DNA of 64,000 nt. Origin: the human T2T-CHM13v2.0 reference genome, Homo sapiens. Under the pieces are notes generated by a model that was not told where the DNA came from, searched no databases, and worked only from the letters and a program-made list of their open reading frames with translations. Below are positions 1 through 11,299 of this stretch, piece after piece. The position numbers and the translations under genes are program-made. The stretch's first letter is position 1; each line of letters opens with the position of its first letter. Where the stretch lies: assembly GCF_009914755.1 (NCBI RefSeq), contig NC_060932.1; one strand, given 5' to 3'.

Positions 1-1035
1 AGCATCTACACAGAATATCTTTGCCTCTTTATCTGAGTAAGATCTCATCTTGATATGCTACAAATCAGGATAGTGGTGGTGATTGGCAGGGCAGGAGTAG
101 AAAGGAGGGATTAGGTTGATGGTTATGGATTGAAGTGTTAGTTCTGTTGTCTGTCGATAATTCATAATGGAAGAGCAGCATTCAACTATTTTTATAATAT
201 GAAATACTGTATCATTCTCTTCAGCTTTAGCCTCAGTCATCAATTCTTGTACAGTAGGAAAAATCCCACTATTATGCTATAATCTTATGTATATCTGCAG
301 CCATTCTCTGTTCTCAAGTAAGAGTTTTCCCACCTTGCACCCAATGCCACTCCCAGGGATTATGGTCCCTAAATCTGTTCTCCAAGACCAACATCTACAC
401 AGGAATATCCTTGCCTCCTAATCTGAGCAAGATCTCATCTTGATATACTACAAAGTATAAACCACATGAAAATGTAATGCTGCCTGCCAGTGCACTCTAG
501 TCAAATAGTAGAAGATGAGTGAAGAACAGAGACGAAACTAGTTATACATTAGAACAAGCTAGTAAACACAAGTAGAGGCTATGGTTTCCGTTTCTCTCAG
601 CAATTATTTCTAGCCCTAAGTAAGCTAGCTTATTTATAACTTTCTTCATGGTAGTACTCTACTCATTTTTCCTTTACCTTAGGCTGGCACCTTGATTGAC
701 TGAGGTTCTTTTTCTTATGAGGTAGCCTAATTTTTCATTCCTGAGGAATCTGTGCCCTTACTGGTATTTCATGAATATAGCAATGATATATGGTCAAACT
801 CTTGTACTGATCATGGCAGTGGAAGAGGTATGCCAGGCACCTGAGTTTTCCTCTTATACTTTCCTGCTCAATCCTTGGAAATCAGGTTTGGTTATCCCAG
901 CCATTATAATTTATGCCAGTTCTCTTAATGATACACTGTACATGGCCAGCTGGTATCTGAGGTTTCTATTTAGCGGAACCAAAAAAAAAAAAAAAAATCA
1001 AGTATCCTTTTGGAATTATTTCTCCCCTGAATTCT
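1..1035 (-). mobile_element. Decayed ERV-L (class III) LTR plus 3' internal fragment including a dUTPase-like remnant
   Basis: The minus strand of ~870-1035 reads as broken peptides (EFRGEIIPKG..VPLNRNLR..IMAGITKPDFQG) resembling ERV-L dUTPase (GGMLPPG..IPLNWKLR..VLAGVIDPDYQG). An LTR-start-like TGTAGATG on the minus strand occurs at ~3-10 and ~392-399. Confidence 0.55.
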
Positions 1036-2899
1036 TAAATCTCTATAACAAAGAAAACATAATAAAGACCATATATGAAAAACCTACAGTGACTGCTATA
1101 TTCTATGGTGAGAGACTGAAAACTTTCCCTTTAAAATCAGAAAAAAGGTAAGGATGCACATCATGCCACTTCTATTCAACATACTACCGGAAGTTATATT
1201 CAGAGAATTGGGCAAGGAAAATAAATAAATATATCCAAATTGGGGAGGAAGAACTGAAATTATTTGCAGATGACATAGTCTTATATATAGAAATTGCTAA
1301 AGATATATATATATCACACACACACACTGTTAGAACTAATTAACAAATTTAGCAAACTTGTAGGATACAAAATCAACACACGAAATCACTGGCATTTCTA
1401 TATGTTAACAGTGAACAATCCAAAAAGGAGATTAAGAGAACAATTTCATTTATTATAGCATCAAAAAGGATAAAATAATTAAAAATACAATTAACCATGA
1501 AGGCAAAAGATTTGTACACTGAAAACTATGAGATTGCTGAAAAAAAAATAAAGAAAACCTCTTGTAGAAACTTATCATGAAGACTGGAAGAATTAATATT
1601 GTTAACATGGCAACAACACCCAAAGTGACTTACAGATTCAATGCAATTGTAATAAAATACTAATGCTGTAGGGGTTTTTTTGTTTTTGCAGAAATAGAAA
1701 AATCCATTTTAGTATTTATATGGAATCTGAAGGCACCCTGAATAGCCAAAACCATCTAGATAAAGAGGAACAAAGTTGAAAGTCCCACACCCCATGGTTT
1801 CATAACTTATGACAAATCTATAGTAATCAAAACAGTGGGGTTTTGCCATAAAGACAGACCTATAGGACAATGTAATTGAATAGAGTGCCTGGAAAGAAAC
1901 CTTCACATATATGGTCAAATAATTTTCAGCAAGAATACTAAGACCATTCAAGGGGGAAAGGGCAATTTTTTCAACCAATGTTGTTAGGAAAGCTGTATAT
2001 CCACATGCAAAACAACCAGGTTAAACCCTTACTTTGTGCCATATTGAAAATTAACTCAAAATAGATCAAAGACCTAATGTAAGAGCTAAAATTCATAAAA
2101 CTCTTAGAAGAAAACATAGCAGGAAATCTTTATGATATTGGATTGGACAATGATTTCTTAGATATGACACCAAAAGCACAAGCAGCAAAAGAAAACTAGA
2201 TAATTTGACTATATCAAAATTTAAAACTTTTGTGCACTATCAAAAGAGTGAAATGGAAACTCACAGAATGAGAGACAGTATTTGCAATTCATATATGTGA
2301 TAAATAATTAATTTTCAGAATATATAAAGAACTTCCATATCTCAACAACAACAAAAAACAAACTATGTGGTTCAAAAATGGTCAAAGTATTTGAGTACAT
2401 ATTTCTTCACAGAAGACATACAAACAGCCAATTTGTATATAAAAAGATGCTCAATATCACAAATTATTAGGGAAATGTAAATCAAAACCACAACGTGTTC
2501 CACCTTACACCCAGTAGAATAGCATTATCAAAAAACAAACAAAACAAACAACAAAGAAAACAACTGTAGACAAGGATATGGAGAAATTGATTGGCACCCT
2601 TGTGCACTGTTGGTGGGAATGTAAAATGATGCAGCTATTATAGAAAACAGCATAGTAGTTCTCACAAAATTGGAAATAGAATTACTACATGATTTAGCAG
2701 TTCCATGTGTAGGTATATACTCAAAAGAATTGAAAGCAGGCACTCAAAGAAATATCTGAACACCCATGTTCATAACAGCATTATTCACAATAGCCAAATG
2801 GTAGAAGCAACCCAAGTGTCCATGGATTGATGAATGAATAAACAAAATATGGCATATAAATACAGTAGGGTACTACTCAGCTTTCTAAAAAGAAAGGAA

Positions 2900-3192
2900 T
2901 TTTTTTTTTGAAACAATGTCTCACTCTGTCACCCAGGCTGGGGTGCAGTGGCACAATCTTGGCTCACTGCAACCTCCATCTCCTGGGTTCAAGCAATTTG
3001 TCTGCTTCAGCCTCTCGTATAGCTGGGAGTACACGTGTGCACCACCACTCTCAGCTAATTTTTTGTATTTTTGGTAGAGACGGGGTTTCGCCATGTTGAC
3101 AAGGTTGATCTGGAGCTCCTGGCTTCAAATGATCCACCCATCTCACCCTCCCAAAGAGCTGGGATTACAGGCGTGAGCCACTGCGCCAGGCC
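2900..3192 (-). mobile_element. Alu (AluJ/old AluS-like), full length
   Basis: Poly-T followed by an Alu dimer ending ...cactgcgccaggcc. Flanked by an approximate TSD aaaagaaaggaat / aaaaggaaggaaat. Confidence 0.97.
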
Positions 3193-3336
3193 AAAAGGAA
3201 GGAAATTCTGACACATGCTACAACATGGATGAATCTTAAAAACATTGTGATGAGTAAAATAAGCCAGTCACAAAAAGACAAAGACTATAGATTCTACTTA
3301 TATGGGGTATCTACAGTAGTCAAATTCATAGAAACA

Positions 3337-3651
<315 letters not shown>

Positions 3652-3884
3652 GAAACAGAAAGTAGAATGGTGGCTTCCAGGGGTTCAGGGTATGGGGAAA
3701 TGAGGAGTTAGTAGCTAATGGGCTTGGAGTTTCAGTTTGGGAAGATAAAAAATGTTCTGGAGATGGATGGTGATGATGGTTCAACAATACGAATGTACTT
3801 AATGCCAGTGAACTGTACACTTAAAAATGGTTAAATGCTGAATTTTATATTGTGTATATTTTACCACTATAAAAAACATCAAGA

Positions 3885-5875
3885 AAAAATTTTCCCAGAC
3901 TAATATCCTTGAGGTCATTGGGGAAAACATTTCCCCAATGTTTTCTTTCAGTAATTTTATAGTTTCAGGTCTCATATTTAAATCTTTAAACCATTTTGAG
4001 CTACTTTTTGCACATAGTGAAAGATGGGGATCTAGTTTCATTTTTCTGAATATAGATATCCAGTTTTTACACAACTGTTTATTAAAGAGACTGTCCTTTC
4101 CTCAATGTATGTTCTTGGTACCTTTGTTGAAAATGGGTTGTCTGTAATTGTGTGGATTTATTTCTGAATTCTCTATTCTGTTCCATTGGCCTATGGGTTT
4201 GTATTTATGGCACCACCATACTGTTTTGGTTATTATAGCTTTGTAGAATTTTTGAGTAAGACTTCAAAAGCATAGACAACAAAACCAAAAATAGGCAAAT
4301 TGGATTACATCAAGCTAAAGAGCTTCTGTACCATAAAGAAAACAATCGACAAAGTGAAGAGATAAATTATAGAATGTGAGAAAATATTGGCAAACTATCC
4401 ATCTGAAAAAAGATTAATTGCCAGAATATATAAGTAACTGAAACAACTCAATAGCAAAAAAATCAAATAATCCAGCTAAACAAATGGGCAAAAGACCTGA
4501 GTAGACTCTCTTAAAAGAAGACATACAAGTGGCAAACAGGTTTATGAAGAAATGCTCAATGTAATTAATCATCAGGGTAATGCAAATCAAAACTATAATG
4601 AGATATTATCTCACCCAAGTTACAATGGCTATTACCAAAAAGACAAAAAAATAACAAATGCTGGTGAAGATACCAAGAAAGGAATGTCCATGCACTGTTG
4701 GTGGGAATGTAAATTACTACAGCCATTAAGGGAAAACATTGTGGATGTTTCTCAAAAAACTAAGAATAGAACTACAATATAATCCAGCAATTCCACTGCT
4801 AAGTATATAGCCAAAAGAAAGGAAATCAGAATATCAAAGAGCGCTAATCTCATGTTTTTTACAGCACTGTTCATAATAACTAAGATATAGAACCAACCTA
4901 TGTGTCCATCAACAGGGGACTGGATGAGGAAAATGTTGTACATATTCAAAATGAAATATCATTCAGCTACAAAAAGAATAAAATTCTGTCTTTTATGACA
5001 ACATGGATGGAACTGGAGGTCTTTATGTTAAGTAAAATAAGCTAGGCACAGAAAGACAAATATTGCATGTTCTTACTTATATGTGAGAGCTAAGAAAGTG
5101 TATCTCATTGAGGTAAAGAGTGGTATGGTTATGACCAAAGGCTGAGAAGGAAAGGAGAGAGAGAGGATGAAGAGAGGCTGGTTGAGGGGTATAAAAATAC
5201 AGTTAGGTGGAAAGAATAAGTTCTGTACTATTGAATAGTAGTACAGTAGATGTATTGGTCCATTCTCACACTGCTGTAAAGAAATATCTGAGACTGCGTA
5301 ATTTATATATATTAAAAAAGAGTTTTAATTGGCTCATGGTTCTGTAGGCTCCACAGGAAGCACAGTGGCTTCTGTTTCTGGGGAGGCCTCAGGAAGCTTT
5401 CAGTCATGATGCGAGGCAAAGGCGGAGTGAGCACTTCACATGGCCAGAGGGGGAGGAAGCAAGAGCAGGGGGTAGGGCTATACACTTTCAAACGACCAGA
5501 TCTCAGAACTCACTCATTATTGCAAGGACAGTACCAAAGGGGAAATCCACTCCCATGATCCAATCAACTCCCACCAGGTCCCACCTCCAACACTGGGGAT
5601 TACAATTTGACTTGAGATATGAGCAGAGACACAGATCTAAACCATATCAGGAGGGAAATTCTAGTTAACAACAATTTATTGTATATTTCAAAGTAACTAG
5701 AAGAGAAGATTTGTAATGTTCCCATCACAAAGAAGAGATCAATATTTGGGGTGATGGATATCCTAAGTACCTTAATTTGATTATTACATATTGTATACAG
5801 GTATCAAAATATGGCATGTATTCCAAAAATATGAACAATTAATATATATAATTAAAATTAAATAATTAACTTAAA
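3885..5875 (+). mobile_element. LINE-1 (L1MA-like) with 5' inversion: ~3885-4246 antisense, ~4247-5875 sense through the 3'UTR
   Basis: Minus-strand ORF 3799..4074 (WISIFRKMKLDPHLS..KWFKDLNMRPETIKLLKEN) is L1 ORF2. Sense ORF2 resumes at ~4247. L1MA-type 3'UTR gtatatttcaaagtaactagaagagaagatttg. Confidence 0.9.
5251..5649 (-). mobile_element. MST (MSTA/MSTB-like) MaLR solo LTR inserted in the L1 3'UTR
   Basis: Begins tgtattggtccattctcacactgct and ends cagatctaaaccatatca (TG...CA). Contains the MST-type ggggaggcctcaggaagctt. Confidence 0.92.
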
Positions 5876-5969
5876 ATATAAAAAGGAAGAGACAAAATCT
5901 CTATAATGGTAGAACTCAGTCATAGAAATAAGAAATTATTAAGTGTCATTAAGTGTACTTATGAATATA

Positions 5970-7430
5970 GATTTTTTTTAACATTTTGGTATGGGACACT
6001 TAATGTGACACTGAGCTACTTAACACATTTTTAAGTAAAAAATATGATGTTGTACAGAGATCTCTAGAATGTATTTATAGTGCATAACTTAAACTTTATC
6101 ACCATTGAACATCAACTTTCCATTTCCCCCTCGCTCCAGCCCGTGGCAGCTGCTATTTTACATTTTGTTTCTATGAGTTTGACTGTTTTAAATAGTTCAT
6201 GTATGTGGAATCATGCATCACTCATCCTTCTGTAACTGATTTATTTCACTTATGATAATGTCCTACAGGTTCATTTTTATTGTCACATAAGCAAGATATC
6301 CTTATTTTTTAAGGATGAATAATATTCCACTTTGTGTTGTACACACACACACACACGCACACACATTTTCTTATTCATTCATCCATTGAAAATTTAGGTT
6401 GCTTGCATGTCTTGGCTATTGTGAATAATGCTGCAATGTAGATATCCCTTTGAGATCCTGCTTTCAATTCTTTTGGATATATTCCCAGAAGTAAGTTTGC
6501 TGGATCATAAGATAGTCATATTTTAAAATTTTTGCAGACCTTCTGTGCTGTTTTCCGTAGTGGCTTACCATTACACGTACACCAATAATGTATTAGAGCT
6601 CTAATATCTCCCCATACTGTCCAATCCCCCTTTTTAAAATAACAACCATCCTAACGGGTGTGAAGTGACGTCTCGTTGTGGTTTTTATTTGCATTTTAAA
6701 GCCCACTGCTAGCATCATAGTCGATGTTGAAAAACTGAAAGCTTTTCCTCTGAGATCCAGAAACAAGGCAAGGATGCCTACTTTCTTTGCTTCTATTCTA
6801 CATAATAGTCGAAGTCCTAGCCAGAGCAGTTATGAAAAAAAAAAACATGAATAAAGGGCATTCAAATAAGAAAGGAAGAAATAAAATTGTCTCTGTTTGC
6901 AGATGACATAATCTATACACAGAAAACCCCACAAAAAATCCTATTAGAGCTAAATAACTAACTCAATAAAATTTCAAGATATAAAATCAACATGCAAAAA
7001 TCAGTTGCATTTCTGTACACTGAAAATGAACTTAGTGTATTGATGAAAAAATTAAAGAAGTCACCATTAAATGAAAAGGCAGACTGTGTCCATGAAGTAG
7101 AAGAACAAATATTGCTAATATTGTTAAGATGGCAATAGTACTCAAAGTGATCTACAGATTCAATACAGTTTCTATCAAAATAGAAATAATTATTTTCACA
7201 GAAATAGAAATGAAACACAATAGAAAGCCCATATCTGGCTTCTGATACCTGATACCCTTATCTGCTGTCTGATAAGGGTTTAATATCCAATATATATAAG
7301 AAACTCCTATAACTAAGTAGCAAAAACAAAGCAAAACCAAAAACCCAATTTAAAAATGAGCAAAGTACTTTAACAGACATTTCTCCAAAGAGGACATAAA
7401 AATGGTGAACAGGTATATGAAAAGATGTTA
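5970..7430 (-). mobile_element. LINE-1 (late L1MA/L1MB-like): 3' end on minus (~5970-6697) joined to an inverted, internally deleted ORF2 segment on plus (~6698-7430)
   Basis: Minus-strand 3'UTR and ORF2 tail up to ...gtggtttttatttgcatttt, then plus-strand aaagcccactgctagcatcatagtc...gaaaaactgaaagcttttcc (RT region). Confidence 0.85.
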
Positions 7431-8013
7431 TATTCTGACTAAGTGAATATACTATATCCTACAAAAGAGCACCCCAGTTCTGAAGAATGTTGACTTTCAA
7501 TATGCTGCAGCTGGGTCTTTAATAGCTTATTTCTCTGTTACCTGAACCTAGTGCTTTAGGAAAATGAAGTGTAAAATAAGATCAGGAAACACTACTGACA
7601 TCGCTTTACTTGTTTTAATATGAAATTTGTGGATGACATTAAGATGCATAATTTTAAATTTAGACGTGGTCATGGTCATGCTGCTGTACAAATCAGAAAT
7701 AGAGAGTGCAAATCCAAATCAGATTTGTTGAAGTTTTTATGCTGGAGAAAACAAATTGTTGCCCACTTCTCATTGAAATATGCATAATTTAATCTGTTTT
7801 ACACCAGCAGCTGACATGTCTTCTGAAAGCATGTGACAGCTTGGAAACCTGGAATTGTTGGCTGTTGTTACCATATTTGATGCTCAGCAGAAGTAGCATC
7901 TGGAAAAATTTAGAAAAAGTTTCATTTCCATTTCTGCATAGTTTATCTCTAAATTCTGTAAAACATACATTGAAAATCCCTGAAAAAAATAGAAAAACTA
8001 GAAGTCATCAGTC

Positions 8014-8743
8014 TTTTTTTTATTATTATACTTCAAGTTCTGGGATACATGTGCAGAATATGCAGGTTCGTTACATAGGCATACATGTGCCATGGTGCTT
8101 TGCTGCACCCATCAATCCATCATCAAAATTAGGTATTTCTCCTAATGCTATCCCTCCCTTTGCCCCCTACCCCCTGACAGGCCCCCCCGGCGTGTGATGT
8201 TCCACTCCATGTGCCCATATGTTCTCCTTGTTCAATGAGTTTGTTTATGAGTGAGAACATGCAATGTTTGGTTTTCTGTTCCTGGGTTAGTTTGCTGAGA
8301 ATGACGGTTTCCAGCTTCATCTATGCCCCTGCAAAGGACACGAAGTCATTATTTTTCATGGCTGCATAGTATTCCATAGAGTACATGTGCCACATTTTCG
8401 TTATCCACTCTAACATTGATGGGCATTTGGGTTGGTTCCAAGTCTTTGCTATTGTGAACAGTGCTGCAATAAACATACGTGTGCATGTGTCTTTACAGCA
8501 GAATGATTTATAATCCTTTGGGTATATACCCAGCAATGGGATTGCTGGGTCAGATGGTATTTCTGGTTCTAGATCCTTGAGGAATCGCCACACTGTCTTC
8601 CACAATGGTTGAACTAGTTTACACTCCCACCAGCAGTGTAAAAGCGTTCCTATTTCTCCACATCCTCTCCAGCATCTGTTGTTTCCTAACTTTTTAATGA
8701 TCGCCATTCTAACTGGTGTGAGATGGCACATCATTGCGGTTTG
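8014..8743 (-). mobile_element. L1PA (L1PA7-like) 3' fragment, ~730 bp, with 15-bp TSD
   Basis: TSD agtcatcagtctttt at 8003-8017 and 8744-8758. ORF 8321..8764 encodes the ORF2p C-terminal Cys-rich motif [20 protein letters not shown]. Confidence 0.96.
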
Positions 8744-8764
8744 AGTCATCAGTCTTTTAAGCAC

Positions 8765-8860
8765 AGTTTTGCTACTAAAAGCTATTGTGAAATTATTCAG
8801 TCTTTCTAAGTTTCCTCATCTGTAAATTGAGACTTTTGATGCCCATCCTATTCACTTTGA
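8765..8860. mobile_element. MIR fragment
   Basis: MIR core-like agtttcctcatctgtaaattgag. Confidence 0.55.
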
Positions 8861-9739
8861 AAAGCCCATGATATACTACTGATCACCCATATATACTAAG
8901 AACCCAAAAGGTATTCATTGAATAATGATGAGTCAGCCAGACTGATCCACATTTTGTTATGAGAGTAGGAACAAACCTATTATAAGTATTTCGTTTACTC
9001 TTTAGAAGAAGGCCACACTTGGTGTAAAACATTTAATTTAACTAATGAAGGTTGGTGGTGACTCTTTTTTGACTTAGGGGCTTGAATACATGTAAAACAG
9101 CAAGTTTTGTTTATGTTATGCTACGTAGTTGATTTTTTAGTCACATGTAAAAAAGCCTTCTTTTTATGTGTGTGTAATGATTGAACAGACTTCATTGGAA
9201 AGAATGAAAATTCATTTTTCCCTTTTGTCTAAATGGGCTCTGAGATACTAACACATCTCCTATCATCAAAGACTCTCTTTGATCCTTTCCTTTAAAAGAC
9301 TTCCCACTGCCCCCTCTTCTTAGGGGTTTTCTGATCTTTCCAGCTCAACATTTTATTCAAGGTACTGTATTTAGCCCTCTCTTTCTCAACTGCTCATATT
9401 TGTGGGCAAATCTTAGACACTCTCACATATATATAGCACTTTCAGGAAAGGCAGACTGGCTTAGAGTCTTATTTTTCCTCCATGTGTAGCCTAAGGAAGG
9501 TAGAAAAGCTCCCTATGCACTTTGTTTAATGGAACTTTCTTCTAGGGATGGCTATAGAACAAAAACATTCCTCCTGTCCATGTTCTGTTCTATAATATCA
9601 ACAGCAGAAAATGCGGCACAATGAAGAATTTTTTCTCTCCTTGTCGATAAAACTCCAAGTAATAGTGAGTGATAGACTTGGCATCACATCTAGCAAAATT
9701 TACAGTCATAACACCTAATTTTAAGTTTATTGACTTTGC

Positions 9740-9890
9740 TAATTATTAGTTCCAACACTACGGGAAACTATCTTAACCTCTTTTAGCTTCCATTTTGTCC
9801 CCTTTTCATGGGGAATCAACTTTTTACAATAATTAGAAAAAATGTATTTAAAGTTGCTAGCAAATGCTTTGACTTGTATAGGCATCTAAC
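9740..9890. mobile_element. MIR fragment
   Basis: tcttaacctcttttagcttccattttgtc...atgggga...aatgtatttaaagttgctagca resembles MIR. Confidence 0.45.
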
Positions 9891-10214
9891 AGATCTTTTC
9901 TCATTATTATTCCACAGAATACTATTCCATGGAAAGCACCCTACTTTGAGGATGTATTTTACTATTTTTTTTCAAAGAATAATAATAAATGGGCTGCTTT
10001 GAGGCCTGGTGTTTATTGTAGCTGCTGCATAGTTGGGCAAATCATTTTTTGCAACTTTCTAGGTTCCCATTTCGCATTATAGTCACTGCTATTTTCTGCA
10101 GTTACTAGGAAAATTTCCAATGAATGACAATAATTTGTTATTGGCTGTTCCTTACAGATACTATGAACGCCATGTCTGGAAGCTGAATTTCATTAAATCA
10201 TTTTTCATGCATGT

Positions 10215-10345
10215 ATCATTCAAAAAATGCATGTGCCTGGGCCACACCCTGGGCAATTCTGACTCAGTGGTTCCAGCGTAGAGTTTGGGAGTATACAACT
10301 GGAAAATACTCCAGAAGTGATTATGATTTGTGCCTCTGGTTAATA
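10215..10345. mobile_element. MER5-like hAT-Charlie MITE fragment
   Basis: aaaaatgcatgtgcctgggccacaccc...attctgactcagtgg...ccagaagtgattatgat. Confidence 0.55.
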
Positions 10346-11299
10346 AAAGCTTAATTAAATCAGTGCAGGAGGAGAACATGGGCTGTTACCAAGCTCAATA
10401 GCTTTTTCAGTGTCATTCTTGATTCTTGGACACTTGTGCACAGTTTCATAGATATGAGAATAGAATTTTAATTGAGGTCATATTTCCATGGGAACAAGAA
10501 ATCCCGTGCTCCTTCATATTCGCAGTTATCTGTAAAAAGATAAGCCATTGTTCACTACAAACTGCTGCAATGCAGTGAACACCATTGAAGCTAATTTGCT
10601 GCTTCACATTGCCTGTAATAGAATGCAGCTTGCACATTTGTAATTGTAGAGAATTGTGTATTTGTGCAAGATTTTCCGTCTCCATGGATTTTCTTCATAA
10701 ACAAAGATTTTAAAGCTGATGACCACCACTCTGGATTTTAAAAATAAAGAATTAAAACCGACAGTGAGTAACGACTTTGCCTAAGGTCACACAGCTGGCT
10801 GATTTTTTTTTTTTTTTTTTGGTACACTCTATGTAATTAGCTACTATTTGTCTTGCAGGGTAGAGAAATGAATACATTTTACAGAAAGTAACAAACAGAA
10901 ATTAATTGTCAAAGCACAAAAGACCTGTCAGCAAGCTTCAAAGAGTTTATGATACTTTTCTGATTTGTTTTTCTACAAATCCTATAATTAAAATAAAACA
11001 TACTGGCAACTTTTAAAGGGTAAGGCACAATATAATCCTGTTCTAATTTCCTCTAGCCTCAAGAAGAACAACATCTTATCAACAACTATTCAATCACAAC
11101 AAAATAAGAAGAGAAACTTGAATTTATTATTATTTTCTTTCCAACCAATATGCAAAACCTATAAAACACACATAAAGTAATAAATAGAATACTTGGTTTT
11201 AGAATCCAATTTATTTTAATATAGTCTCTCATAGACATTCACAGAAAATGCTGGTTGGAGAGTGAATTGTCAACGAAACAGATACAGAAGTGAATATCT

